Assembly: GCA_010356995.1 (NCBI GenBank)
Contig: ML996688.1
Coordinates: forward strand, 248,001-312,000
Direction: 5' to 3'
Source of the DNA: Trichodelitschia bisporula
Taxonomy: Eukaryota
Length of the DNA: 64,000 nt
Both the position numbers and the translations under genes were made by a program. Of this stretch, positions 1 through 13,103 are shown one piece after another. The notes under the pieces were generated by a model. The model did not search any database. It saw nothing but the letters and a program-made list of their open reading frames with translations, and had not been told where the DNA came from. How positions within the stretch are numbered: position 1 is the first letter of the stretch; the number at the start of each line of letters is the position of its first letter.

Positions 1-291
1 AGGAATTCATCAATAGTTATTTTCTATCCACTTCGTAAAAGTCATAAGCCACCGAGCAGTAGCAAGGGTATCAGAGCATCGCTTCATCTGTTGCGCCATC
101 TCAGCATCCGGAAACACGCCATGTTATTAATGAGAAAAGAAGAAGGTGGACAGCTTCCAGTGGAGTACCAGTTGAAATCCACAAGCCGTCGTCGCTCAAA
201 CAAGCGCCGAACAAAGTACACTCGGCAGCCGGATGCTGAACTCGGCGGCTCATTGCACAAGATCCGCCGGCACACGCCCAAGGTGAACTCC

Positions 292-379
292 ACGGCCACG
301 AATCGAGCCACGTCGTCGCGCCACCGAAGCCATTTTACGGCCACGAATCGAGCCCCGTCGTCGTGCCACCGAAGCCATT
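292..379. repeat. 45-bp tandem duplication overlapping the TF stop codon
   Basis: acggccacgaatcgagcc[a/c]cgtcgtcg[c/t]gccaccgaagccatt occurs at 292 and 337 with 2 mismatches. Confidence 0.9.
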
Positions 380-2684
380 GAGATACCACCCCATTGGATC
401 GAAGAAATCATAACTAGTCGCGTAAGCCATATCACTGTCACCACTCAGAGGCATGCCAAACCCGCCAAAGCTGGTCATGCCAAGCTCGTTGGGGTCACCA
501 GTGAGGCTACTCGAGGGCCGCCGACCATTCGAAAATGAGCCCCGATGAGTGGCGACCGGACTTGTTGGATTCTTGACCGCCGTGTCGAGCTTTTCCGTGC
601 GCACTTTGCCCTGCAGCTCGTCCTTCCACCGCCATATGCTGTCGAAAACATGGGACATGCTCATCCGATAGCGGCGCTTGAGAGTGAGGCTGGCGTCTGG
701 TTCACCGGGAGGTCTGGAGTCGGGGCCCTGTCCGCTGTCGATGCGCTCGGCGTCCGCCTTCCACATTTGGGCGAAGACTTCCGCCAGGCGCTGTGGGAGG
801 TCGTTCGTCTTCACGCTCATCTGACGGATTGCCGTTATGCCGTCCCCAAATAGCCCTTCGCCAACTTCGCGGTCCACATGTTCTGCAAACCCGAATGTCG
901 AGTTCAAAAGCTTCAGCAAGGCAACCGCTGCAGCAATCATAATCTGCATGACGTAGTTTGGTGCATACCGAAGATCAACAGGGCAGTTGAGAGCGCATAC
1001 GATAGTTGCCTTGGCAGCCAGATAGAGCTCTTCCAAGTCCAATTGATATCTGGGTGAGCTCGGGTCATCGAAGAAGACATGCAGTCGCAGGTGAAGTTGG
1101 GCCGCGTGGAAGTAGAGGCGATCGATATCTGGCAGGTTTTAGAAAAGCACTTCATGCAGAGGAGAACTTACGGTCGTTAAGGTCCACGGTGCTCTCGAGT
1201 TGCTGAATAGTAGGGGCCAGCATGGATGCTTTGAGTTGTATTGACGGCTCTTCTACCATGGACTGGGGGTGCTGTTGTGGGCTGTAAACTTCCTGAGTGA
1301 TTCGGTTTACAAACTTCTCAATCTCAAGGCGTGTATGAAGGTAGTTGAAAACGCGGTACTGCTCCGCGGAGCCATCCAAAGGTGCATTCAAAGTAGCATC
1401 GTAGACTGTATCCGGTGGCTGACCATAGCCTGTCGACACGTTCTGAGCTACCAGGTTGCATGCAGCCCATGTTCGAAGTCTGTCAGTAATGTCCTCAGCG
1501 CGCAGCTGCACCCGGGTTCGGGAGAAGTCCATAGGGTGGGAGGGTCGGTGAAGGCCCAGTTGCATTGCGAACTTCATCATAATTCCAGAAAATGGAAAGG
1601 ACATGTCCGCGGTGGTACTGCTAACAGGGAGTGGCCAGGTGCACAGTAAGCAGAGGGCTTTCACGACATAGTGATTGCTGGGAGGCCGAACAATCATCTC
1701 CTTGACGAGTATGTTGTAGTGTGGCGCGAGGCGCCCAAACAAGGTACGATCCTCTTCAAAGTGGCGAGCGGCGATGACAATGACGGTCCAGAAGAGGATT
1801 TCGCTTCGTTCAAAGACAGAATCTGGGGTATCATGTTCCTTATCAAGAATTCGAAGGAAGAGATGGTACTTGTCGAAATACTCATCCCAAAGGCGGGTCA
1901 GCAGCTCCCCAAAGAGAGTTACATCACCAAGCTGCTTGGTGCGGCCCATTGGACTGGCTCTATTCGCAGGTGCGCTTTCATGGCCCTGCTTGAGATTGAG
2001 TAGAAGAACAGCATCATGTGAAGATTCGTCCCTCGGTGTGCCAGCCGGTTCTGAAAACGGTGTCGACTCATCGACTTGACGCCGAATAAATCCCCGGTAA
2101 GGCTCCACCGGCGCTTGCTCTCTGTAAGAAGCCAAGAGCCTTGTCAGCTCTTCGTTTCTCCTTGCGAGCATCTCGTTGTTGCGTTCCAGTTCCGCTTGTT
2201 GTGATCTCTTCCCGACCCGCTTGAAGTCGGCGGTAATTTCACATCTGAGCTCATGTTTACGACACCGATCGCAGTCTTTCCACGGACTTTCTATGACATT
2301 GCATTTTAACTAAGAGGCTTAGTATATGAGTGATCAATTCTTGAAAAGAAAACACACTTTCTGTTGCCGGCATTGGTTGCAGGCGCGTTTAGTGCCCGCT
2401 GATCGAGCCTTGCGACTAGAGCCATTGCGCTGGAGGTCGGTATCCTCATCATCGAAGCCATTATCACTGAGGGACAGTCTTTGGTCGTGGTCGATGACGG
2501 TGGAGAGCTTCCGCTTCTTGTTAGGCTTCGGGGTGGTGTGGGGTTGAACTGGCGGTGGAGGGCTACCAGCAACCTTGTGCTCGAGTGACTCGGCAAAGGC
2601 AGCATGGGCCAGCGAAGGTGGCGGGCTCTGGAAGGCAGCAATTGGATCTTGCGATTGGGGGGTCAGGAGGTTTGAACCATCCAT
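335..2684 (-). CDS. Zn(II)2Cys6 transcription factor, Leu3/LeuB-like (3 exons)
   Basis: ATG at 2684 (MDGSNLL). The spliced binuclear cluster reads KRACNQCRQQK|LKCNVIESPWKDCDRCRKHELRC, then DFKRVGKRS. A fungal TF middle-homology region and a C-terminal RMSMSHVFDSIWRWKDE motif typical of the Leu3/LeuB family follow. GT-AG introns at ~2310-2357 and ~1129-1171 restore frame. Confidence 0.85.
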
Positions 2685-3794
2685 GATGCTGCCACGGGGG
2701 GGTAGATGGCAAAGAAGATGACTCCGGTGTCGGTGGAAGAGAGCAATGGGATGAGATTGTGCGACTTGCGAGAACGGGGCATTGGGGCGGGGTCTTGTCA
2801 GTGTGGGAGGTGGGTGGGGCAGGGGTCGACGGCATTGGCAGTCAAAAGATGCCTGCACGCCTCATCAACGCCCCGAGTCCGACAAGGTCGGGTTGCATTC
2901 CCGTTCGAGTCCGCAATCCTGTCTCCCATTGTTTAATTGATGGTGGGGTTGAGGTAGGAAACCGAGGCTGGATGAGGATCACCGGAACCATCATCGTTGC
3001 TCTTCGAATTCCAACGGAAGGACAGTTCGACGTGCCGGTAAATCGGGGATGAGAGTGTTGCAATGGCAGATGGCGGAGAAGAATGGCGTCTTCGAAGTAC
3101 CGACCACCGGGCAATCTTCAAGAATGATACTGGCATAAATGTCGTTCCTCGGATCTTGCCGATTCGTTGACTACTGCATGTTGGTCTCTGCTTGTTGTCG
3201 CCGGACTGCTATCCTACAGTAACTTAAAGGCCTAAGCTCGATCAGCTATTATAACCCTGGACCTTAACGCTGCGGAGCAAACTAAGCCCTCTCTCGGTTA
3301 TCTGCGGTATCCCCACATCTCTACTTAATGCGGGAGCTTGTGGACGTCTGGTGGCCGCCTGTGTGGCGTGTGGAGATCCCGTGAGCTGCTTGCGACCTGT
3401 TTGTCATTTCTACCGACGGGCTCCGCAACAACACCTACCGAATCACTGCTGCCGAACGCTTCAAACTAGGCAAGGCTTATCCAATGGCCGCCTTCCAAGC
3501 ATGGACTGGACGTCGCGCATCGCTTATCAGGCGAAGGTGATGGAGAAGAGCAAGGAGCGCTTGCTACCGACGATAACCGCGTCGCATGCATGTTATCATC
3601 GCTCTTGTCAAAGGACCGGAATAAATGGAGGACAGCGTCCCCTCTGAATCCAAAGAACAAAGAAGCGACGTCTTATCCTCTAGTTCTACTTCCGCTCTGT
3701 GCTTCCCTTGCTTCACTGCCCTCCCCCCTTTATTCGTGTTCCTGTTTGGAGCTCAAGACCATTACCCCGCAAAAGCTACCCCGCTGTCCGCGTC

Positions 3795-5268
3795 ATGAAC
3801 GCACGGCTCCTTCCCCATTCCCGCCCCTTACGAATCTCTGTCAAATCTTCCTATCTTCGAAGTGCAAGACGAACAGTCCATTCCACTAGACGAGCGCAAG
3901 CCATCGTATCGGCGGCGCCTGAGCTTCAGAATGTCCAGCCTCCATCGAGCCAGCGTCCGACGAGCCATCCGGCAACCCTCTCCATTCTCCCGACCTCATC
4001 CGTCCTCCGAACTTACATCATAACTCGCATGACATCATCCCCATTTCTACTCAACGCATGCTTCGCCGTGCTCACACGCATGATCGAGTCCAAATCGACC
4101 ATCTTCAATGTAGACAAGAACCCGCTGCTTCGGTACCTCTTCAAGCGGACATTCTACGCCCAGTTTTGTGCCGGAGAAAACAAGGCCGAAGTGCAGCAGA
4201 CTATTGAACGCGTCAGGGGAACCGGGTTCAATGGGGTCATCTTGGAATACGCCCTCGAGGTCCTGAAAGGTGGTGATAGCTCCGAAGCAAGGGCTGCGCA
4301 GGAGATTGCGGCCTGGAGAAAGGGGATGCTGGAAACGGTAGATATGGCCAAAAGCGGCGACTTCGTGGCACTGAAGTAAGGTCGGCACGTAGCGTGGACA
4401 TAAGTGATGCTGATCGCGGAACAGGTGGTCCGGCCTCGGTATTCAAGCTCTTCAGTTGCTCAAAGCCAACCAGCCGGCAACGAAGCCCATGTGGGATGCG
4501 ATCATCGAGACATGCGCCCTGGCGGCGAAGAAAGGCGTTTATATGCTACCGGGAGCCGAGGAAGAGAACATGAACGACGGGATCGACTCATGGAGTTTGG
4601 CACTCGAGAAGAAGTACAACAGAGAAGCGCCTGGGAAGGCGATCGTCTACAATACATACCAGGCCTACCTGCGGTCCACTCCTGCGAAGCTGGCAAAACA
4701 TCTGGCGGAGGCGCAGCGTGATGGCTACACGCTGGGTGTGAAGATGGTGCGCGGCGCCTACATGGCCTCGGAGCCGCCATCCAGAATATGGAGTTCAAAG
4801 GAGGAGACGGACAAGATATATGACGCGTTGGTGGAAGCTCTGCTCAAGCGCCAGTACAACGATATCCTCATGCCTGCCCCTGGCGCCACTGCCTCAAACT
4901 TTCCGCAGGCTAGTTTGATGATCGCTTCGCACAATGCCGAATCCATCCAGAAGGCTCAGGAAATCCGCAATGGCCAGGCTAAGCGCGGAGAGCCGTCAAT
5001 CGAGTGCTACTATGCCCAACTACAGGGCATGGCAGACGAGGTGAGCTGCGAGTTGGTGCAGGAAAGCAGGTCACCCGCAACCCATGAGAAAACGGTTCCG
5101 CCCAAGGCGTATAAGTGCGCCACCTGGGGAACGGTTGGAGAGTGTCTGGCGTTCCTGATCCGGCGGGCTGCTGAGAACAAAGACGCCGCAGGACGGACAA
5201 TGATGACGCGTAAAGCCATGGCACAGGAGTTGATCAGGCGGACGAAGGCGCTGGTTGGGTTGGCGTAG
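3795..5268 (+). CDS. PUT1: Proline dehydrogenase (proline oxidase), mitochondrial
   Basis: Arg/Ser-rich presequence; motifs TFYAQFCAGE, IVYNTYQAYL, GVKMVRGAYM, IASHN, AQLQGMADEVS, FLIRRAAEN; one intron ~4376-4424. Confidence 0.95.
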
Positions 5269-5931
5269 GAAATACCTGAGTCCACCCTAGAGTTCGGAGA
5301 ATGGTATAAGCTGGATATTGTATATGCTGAGGTCTCTGGAAGGTTATTAGACTGCAGCAATTAATGCGCGAACCGCGTCCTTGGTGCTTGGTTGGTCAAA
5401 GAGGTGATACGCTGTGACCATATTTTGACTTGCATCATCCCGGCCGGTGAGTGGCTCGGCCCGCTGGATGGGGTCGGCTTTAAGTTGATCGAAACTGCAA
5501 ACCTTAAATCGAGGACGAACAAAATCCTGTCTTTTTCACTACCAACTCCTTGTCTTGATCGTGTAGAAATATACACACTGATTTGATTGATAAGTCCGAA
5601 GCACTTGCGACACTAGCAATCTGTTGATTTAATCCGATCGCGACGGCAGCCTACGCGGGGGATTTGTCAACGTCTTCCACCATCAAATAACATCCTTTCT
5701 TTCGCGAAGACATCCAACTGGACTGGAGGCGGATAGAATCCAGCATACCGCAAAGATATCCTGATCAATTTGGGTTGCACTGAGCACAATCTCCAAATCG
5801 AGTTTGAGAAGAGAGAAGAAATTTTCTATCACGCCTTTCCGACCCCAACGGACACAGCTTCCACTTGCACCAGCAAAGAAGCAATAGTCGAAAGGAATTT
5901 TCTAGGCGCGCTGCGCCTTAAAGGCTTCGCC

Positions 5932-7745
5932 ATGCAAACTCACATCCGGTCGAAGGACCAGATAGTCCTTGCCCTCCCGTCCGGTCTGCTCAAGATTTTG
6001 GAGATCCAACCTCACACGTACGTTGACTAGCTGAGTGAGCACTCACTTCCATCTCCCTCTTTGCTCCCAGTGAGGTATTCTCACACCGGAGCAGAAATAT
6101 CAGCATCGGCAAGTTCGGCACATTCTCCGCCAACCTCCTCCTGGGCCGGCCATATCATTTCACCTACGAAATCCTTGACCAGCAAGATGGCCAGTCGGAC
6201 TCGCAGCTCCGCGTTGTACCGCCGTCGGAGCTTAATGCCGAGTCATTAGCCGATGTGGTCCCCACGCCTAACGAATCTCGAGATGAAAAAATTGAGACCG
6301 ATGACGGCTGCGAATTCGAAATCGTGGGCGAGAACGGTGAAGTCATCATGCGCAACAACAGACTCACCATCGACGACCCTTCCCGCCAAGCTCTTACCAT
6401 GGAGGAAATTGAAGAGCTGAAGAAGGCGAGTACGGGCTCGGGCAAAGAGATTGTTGCAAAAATCATGGCAGCTCACTCAGCACTCGAAGAGAAAACATCG
6501 TTCTCGTTGGCCAAGTATACGCTGCGCAAGACGAAGAAGTATATCCGTCGATTTACTGTTCTGCCGCTTGATGTGGGTATGTTATCACAGATCATGCTCG
6601 AAAAGGACCCCTGGAGGATCATGGAGTTGAGAGAAGAGACGCTCGGTCTGATCGCTAGCTGGGCCAACATCCACCACTCGGGGTTTGATGGACTGCATCC
6701 TCTTGAGGGGACCCAAGGAGCAGGACGGTGGCTAGTCCTCGACGACACCGGCGGGTTGGTTGTCGCAGCACTTGCAGAGAGGATGGGAATCCTCTACCCA
6801 ACGGACACATCGGACGACGAGCCAACCACCTCCGACCCAACAACGACCGCCAACAGCCCCGAGCCTGCTCCACGCATCGTCCATCCCCGCACCCAAAGCG
6901 CAACAAACAACACCCTCACTCTCCTCCACTCCAACGCCCAGCCCAACATCTCCCTCCTCAAACACTTCGGCTACGTCTTCGAAGACCCCTCCCCCACCCA
7001 CCCGCTCCACACCCACCTTAAAACCCTAACCTGGCTCCAACTCCTCGACCCGACCGCCGACCAACTCTACCGCGAACCGCCGACCATCCCGGACGAAACC
7101 CTCGCCACGCTCAAGTCCGGCAAGCGCGGTGCCTACCACCGCAAGCGCCGCCGCTGGGAGCGCGTCAAGCGCGTCGCGGATGAGACGGCTGCTGGCGACT
7201 TCGATGGCTTGGTTATGGCGTCCCATATGCAGCCTGCAGGCGTGCTGGCGAAGTTGCTCCCGCTGCTGCGCCGCGGGGCGCCGATTGTTGTTTTTTCACC
7301 TACTGTCGAGCCGCTTACTGAGTTGATGGATTTGTTCTCGCGCGAGCGCAAGGCGGCGTTTGTAAGGGGCGTGCAGGGGCGCGAGCAGGGCGACGGCGCG
7401 CCCCCGTTCGATGAGGCGGATTTCCCAGTTAACCCGACGCTTGTGCTTAATCCGATGTTGCAGACGGCGAGGGCGAGGGAGTGGCAGGTGTTGCCGCATC
7501 GGACGCATCCCATGATGACGAGTAAGGGTGGTGCTGAGGGGTTCTTGTTTACTGGGACGAGGGTTGAGCCTGCTGAGGGGCGGGTAGAGGCGAGGGGGAA
7601 GTTTCAGAAGCGGAGGAAGGTGGCGGCGGGGGACGTGTCGGGAGCTGTGAAGGAGGCGAACAGCGCCCTCAAGGAGGCGGACGAAGCCATCAAGGTGTCG
7701 GAGATGGTGGACGAGGGGCGGGACACGTATGAGGATCTGAAATAG
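5932..7745 (+). CDS. TRM6: tRNA (adenine-58-N1)-methyltransferase non-catalytic subunit (Gcd10/Trm6)
   Basis: ATG 5932 (MQTHIRSKDQIVLALPSG), intron ~6018-6071. Motifs RQALTMEEIEELK, KTSFSLAKYTLRK, DDTGGLVVAALAERMG, REWQVLPHRTHPMMT. Confidence 0.93.
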
Positions 7746-8094
7746 GCGGAGAGGACCGTCAGGGAGGCGCTGCGGGCCGTCGGGGAGATGCCGGCGATCA
7801 CAGAAGAGGGCTACGAGATGTCTATGGATATGACGGAAGAGGAGAAGCTCGTCGACGAGGCGTCGGAGATTAGAAACGAGTAAGTACGGGATGTTTGTGG
7901 ATGCAAAGGAGTAGGGAGTACCTCTCATGTACCACAACACCCTGAAAATGCTACTGTAACTGTGGGTAAGATGGAGTTATCGAAAACATGGAAGCAAGAC
8001 TGTATCATTAGCAGCAATGAGTGCGGCCGACATGCACGTGGATTCAAGCATTATCATTGCGCCTTGCCACACGACCTAACGCCCTATCACCACT

Positions 8095-9420
8095 CTACCG
8101 CCCCTTCCCATTCGTAATCATCTCACTCCCCGTCCGAATAACCCCCACCACAGCCCCCGACTGAATCGTCTCACTCCCCCCCCCACTAAGCCTATACTCA
8201 ATATCCGCCAACCCCTCCAACCACGTAATCCGCGTCTGCGCAGGCACATCTAGCTCGTTAAGCTGATCCGCAAGCGAAGTCAGGATATCCGCCAGCGCCA
8301 GCCCCTTCGACGTCTTCAGCTGGTTGACCAGCATCACGCAGGCCGTGACGTCGGGCGTCGAGAGGAGCGTGTCGCGGATGGCACGGATGTCCGATGGGTG
8401 CGGCGAGGCTATGCACTCGTACACCGTCGCCTCGGTGATGACGTCCCGCTTTATGGAGGCTGGGTCCGGTGGCGGTGCGCCCGCCGCGCGCAAAGGCGTG
8501 CTGCTCGCGTGGCAGGCCTGCAGGACGTTCAGGGCGCGGCGCATGTCACCGCGGGACAGCCGGACAAGCGCGTCGGTGGCGGGGGGATCGATGTTAACCT
8601 TCTCCTCGGTGATGACGCGGTCGACCAGCCTCCGAATATCCGGTTCCTTAAGAGGAGAGAAGCGGAAGCGCGTGCAGCGGGAGAGGAGCGCGGGGGAGAG
8701 CTTATGGGTGTAGTTAGCGATGATAGCGAAGCGCGTGTTCGCGGTGTATTTCTCCATTATGCGGCGGAGGGCCATTTGTGCAGTGGATGTCATTGCGTCG
8801 GCTTCGTCGAGGATGATGAGTTTGTAGGAGGCGGCGGCGGGTTGGCCGGGGCGAGGCGCGGTGGCGAAGATTTGCTTTGTGCTGCTGAAGGTTTTGATTT
8901 GCTCGCTGAGAGGGTTAGGGATGCGTGGGTGTTATGGGAGGGGAAGGCGTACCGAACGACGTCGATGCCACGATCGTCGGATGCGTTTAGCTCGAGTACC
9001 ATTTGCCGCACATTGTTCTCGCCGTATATCTTCCGCGCCAGGGCGAGGACTGTGGAAGTTTTGCCTGTACCGGGGGGTCCATAGAGGAGTAGGTGAGGCA
9101 GTTTCTACTGCATTTAGCCTCATCCTTCATAGCGTGCGGAGTACGTACGTTTGTGTCGACAAACTTAGTGATTGTAGCGAGGATGTCCTGATGGCCAGAG
9201 ACATCATCGAGCGTGCTAGGGCGATACTTCTCCACCCTGCGACAGGTCAGTCTAGTAACATAAGACTGAGAGAGAGACCGTACCATGGCAGAGTATCCTC
9301 AGCCTGGACTGGGAGGTTCGCCGCAGTCCGCTTTCCCTTTCCGTCGAGGCGTCCAGAGCTGAACTTGATATCTGAGGCGACGGGCTCAATATCCATACCA
9401 TCCTCATCGATGTCCGACAT
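8095..9420 (-). CDS. RFC3: Replication factor C small subunit (yeast Rfc3/human RFC5 type), multi-exon
   Basis: LPW|VEKYRP, Walker [59 protein letters not shown]. Confidence 0.93.
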
Positions 9421-9498
9421 GGTTGCAATTGTGAAGAAAACCTAAAGATGAAAGACACGAAAAGTTGGCGGCGCTCGTTCACGGCGAGGTCGAACTCG

Positions 9499-9514
9499 AC
9501 GCGTCGGCACGCGA
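9499..9514. promoter_or_regulatory. MCB-like elements (ACGCGT, ACGCGA) in the short RFC3/ARC18 divergent promoter
   Basis: ACGCGT at 9499-9504 and ACGCGA at 9509-9514, ~80 bp upstream of the RFC3 ATG. MCB boxes typify G1/S replication genes. Confidence 0.55.
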
Positions 9515-9684
9515 GGACGTGAAGTGTAATTTATCCCATCTTATCTAATCTCCGCAACGTATCCATCTCAGGCCCTGTCATCACCCTCACCACCACCTCC
9601 AACGTCAGACCCCACAATAAGCTCCCCGCACTCCCATCCCACCACCCTCTCAATTCCCGGACCCGCGCCGGCGCAGTCCTCACC

Positions 9685-10408
9685 ATGCCAGTATGCACAC
9701 CCCAAGCTCCATCCCCTCTCATGTGCCCTCAGCTAAAACCTCCAGGCCTACCATTCCGTCTTCCTCGACGAGCCCAACCAGCAGGTAATCGGCAACTTCG
9801 CCCTCCTCCCCCTCCGAACCCGCACCCGCGGCCCAGCCCTCCAACTCCCGCAACTCGCCCCCCCAACCACCGAAGCCACCATCGATGCCTCGCACGAGAG
9901 CTACGACCCGCTCGACGAAGCGCTCCTGCTCTTCCGCGCGAACACCTTCTTCCGCAACTTCGAGATCAAGGGTCCGGCGGACCGGTTGCTGATCTACGCG
10001 ATCCTGTTTGTGCAGGACTTGATTGGGAAGGTCAAGCCGAGTGAGTGGCTGTCCGGAGTTAGTGGACGAGATGGAAGCTGATGTGTCAGACATGGGCCGG
10101 CGTGATGCGGAAAAGGCCGTTATGAATGTGGCTTTGGATACCAACTTTGCCATCCCAGGCGACGCTGGGTTCCCTCTCAACCAGGCCTTCGAGGCTCCGC
10201 GCGACCGTAATGAGGCGGAGGTGCTGCGTCAGTATTTGATGCAGGTGCGGCAGGAGCTGGCGGTGCGCCTGCTGAACCGTATCTACGCGGATGGAAATGA
10301 GCCGAGCAAGGTACTTTCTTCAAGCCTATTTCGGGATTGCATGGGTGCTAACCGAGACAGTGGTGGTTGAGCTTTACGAAGCGGAAGTTTATGGGCAAGT
10401 CCTTATGA
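9685..10408 (+). CDS. ARC18: Arp2/3 complex 21-kDa subunit (ARPC3), multi-exon
   Basis: MP|AYHSVFL ... GNFALLPLRTRTRGPA ... LFRANTFFRNFEIKGPADRLLIY ... FAIPGDAGFPLN ... SK|WWLSFTKRKFMGKSL*; the first exon is 6 nt. Confidence 0.95.
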
Positions 10409-11204
10409 GAGCATAGATGTGGTTGAGAGTAATTGAGCGAGGCAAGTCTGTTGCTGTATGACGTATACCTATCGTCGTGTGGAGTTTTCACCGTGTTTCG
10501 TTTGGCGAAGCTAGATAATGGTTATAAGCCCCCGTGCTCACACTCAATGAAGCAAAACCCATCGCCGGCGTCAGCTTCGATTCCAACTCGGTCTCGCCTC
10601 AACTACTTTTCGTCACATACGGCCATAGATCACAGAAAACACCAGTCCCCGTCTGCTCACTGAAGTTAAGCTGTGAATCGATTGACTAGTAGTTGAGTGG
10701 GTGACCATCAGCGAATCCCAATTGCTGTATGTTTTTGTCTTTTTGGCCTTCCGGGGCGCCAGCCGGGAACTAACGCCTTCCGCCCTGATGATCAGAACGA
10801 ACACTCGACCTTCTTTACAGAGAATTTGCACTTCCGAGCATCGATGAATACATGCTGGTCTTTCAGTCTCTCGACCCCTTCCTGACGTATCCTTCATGCT
10901 CCACCTCACTCCCTGACCAGAAGTACTTGGTCTGCGGAATCTTTTCTGGCTCTTACGACAGTTCAGCAGCACATGATTCAATTGATAGCATGATACCATC
11001 CCGCGGTAGGTTCAATCCCTTCATTCAACGCTAGAGCAGACGCGGTATCTACAAATTGCGAGATGCTATCCAGTGCCCACAAACGCAGGAGCAAAATACA
11101 CATCGTCCCGTCTAGAGGTACGCCACCAGCGCCCTTTTCCAACCTTTTCTGTCATCTCAAACGCTCATCTCGTTGGGTCTCCACTTGCTACTCAACACGC
11201 ACAC

Positions 11205-12877
11205 TTACTTCGCGCCAACCTGGTCCAGGATGCCCTGCAGGTTGATGCTCTTCGGCCGCTCAATCGGCAGACCCAGCGCACGGTCCCAGATCAACTGCGC
11301 CAGCGGGCCGAGCCCACGACTCACACCGAAGGTCGCGGTGTAGTACAGAGTCTCCTTGAAGCCGTAGTAGTGGAACAGGACGCCGGAGCTCGAGTCGACG
11401 TTCGGGAAGGGGTTCTTAGTCTGCGCACCGTCAGTCCACATCCTTTCCCTCGCACCACGATGTCCTCACCTTGCCGTGCTCCATCAGCACCTTGGGCGCA
11501 ATCTCGCTGTTCTGCTTAACGAGCTTGAAGACAGGGTCGGCAGCGATTTCGGGCCGCGCCGAGGCGAAGTCCATAAGCGCATCGAAGCGCGGATCCGGCT
11601 TGCGCAGCACCGCGTGCCCGTAACCGGGGACAACGCGCCCGCCCTTCAGCGTGTTCCACAGGTACTCGCGCACCTTCTCATCGGAGGCATTGTCGCCAAT
11701 CGCCTCGCGCATCTGCAGGATCCAGCGCAGGACCTCCTGGGCCGCGAGGCCATGCAGCGGGCCCGCCAGGCCCTGGAGCCCAGCGGAATAAGACAAGAAA
11801 GCGTCGGACAGGGCCGAGCCAACCAGGTGCGTGGCGTGGGCGGACACGTTGCCGCCCTCGTGATCGCCGTGCAGGGCCAGGTACAGGCGGAGCAGGTCCT
11901 GGAACCCCTCGTTGTCCTTGCCGCCCTTGCCGAGCATGGCCGCGAAGTTGTAGGCCCAGTCCTGGGTCACGTCGACCTCGGCGGGGAGGGCGCCACCGCC
12001 GCGGTACGCGTTCTGGTAGATTTTGGCGGCGATGGTGGGGAGCTTGGCGAGCAGGCTGATGCTGTCGTCGAAGGTGGGCTCCCAGTAGTCGGCCTTTGCG
12101 AGGCCCTTCTCGTAGGCCTTGGCGAAGACGGAGGTGTGGTTTAGGGCGGAGACGGCGCAGGCGAATTGCGTCATCGGGTGCAGGTCGACGGGGAAGTTGT
12201 CCAGCATCTTAATTACGTAGTCGGGGAGCTGGGCTTTTTCGGCGAGTTCGCGGGAGAAGGTGCGGACTTGCGAGGTGGAGGGGACTTGGCCGGTGAGGAG
12301 GAGCCAGAACATGGCTTCGGGCAGCATTTCGGTGCCGGATGTGCCTTTGGGCAGTTCCTTTTGGCAGTCCTTGATGGTCTTGCCGTGGAAGCGGATGCCC
12401 TCGTTGGCGTCGAGGACGGAGCCTTCCCAGACCATGGCCTTGAGGCCGCTGTTGAGGGGGAGTATTAGCACCGATACAGTTGGATGGTCGGTAGGAAGAG
12501 CGGTACCGCATGCCGCCAATGGTGTTCTCAACCTTGACGTCTCCCAGCTTCTTGTCGCCATGTGCCTTGACCTTTTTGAGCAGCTCGCGCTTCTCCGGAA
12601 TGAGGCCCTTGAGCGTCTCCTTGAGATCCGGCTCGGAGGTGGAGGCATAGCCGCGCTTGGATGACCAGACGGGCACTACGAAAGGGGAAGGGTCAGATGA
12701 AGGTTCGGAAAGGGACGGAGAGGGCTCAATTGACGGTGTACATACCAGCAACAGAGCTCTTGACACCCGTAGGCTTCAATTGGAGGTTAGGAAACTGCAA
12801 TTGAGTATTCAGAGATTACGAAAACATACCCTCACGGCCTTGAGGGCCCTCGAAGCAGTTCTCGCGTTCATGGCCAT
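11205..12877 (-). CDS. mcsA: 2-methylcitrate synthase, mitochondrial (multi-exon)
   Basis: Citrate-synthase motifs [50 protein letters not shown]. The GD/AAQ/SSSG variants and the divergent MICL neighbour indicate methylcitrate synthase. Confidence 0.92.
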
Positions 12878-13103
12878 TGTTGTGCGGGGTAAAATGCGGG
12901 GTGGAGAACTTCAAGAAGCAAGACTGGGGAAAACACGGGGGAAGGGAATGGGGAAGTTGTATTTATAACCTAACAAATGGCCTGATGGGTATCCTGTCTG
13001 TTGTCCCGGCTATCACGAGGCAAGTAGCAGGCTGATCGGACGGCGGGAGGCAGGAAGGACATTGCCGAATGGATATACGTGCGGTGTGCCGCTATGGGGC
13101 ATT

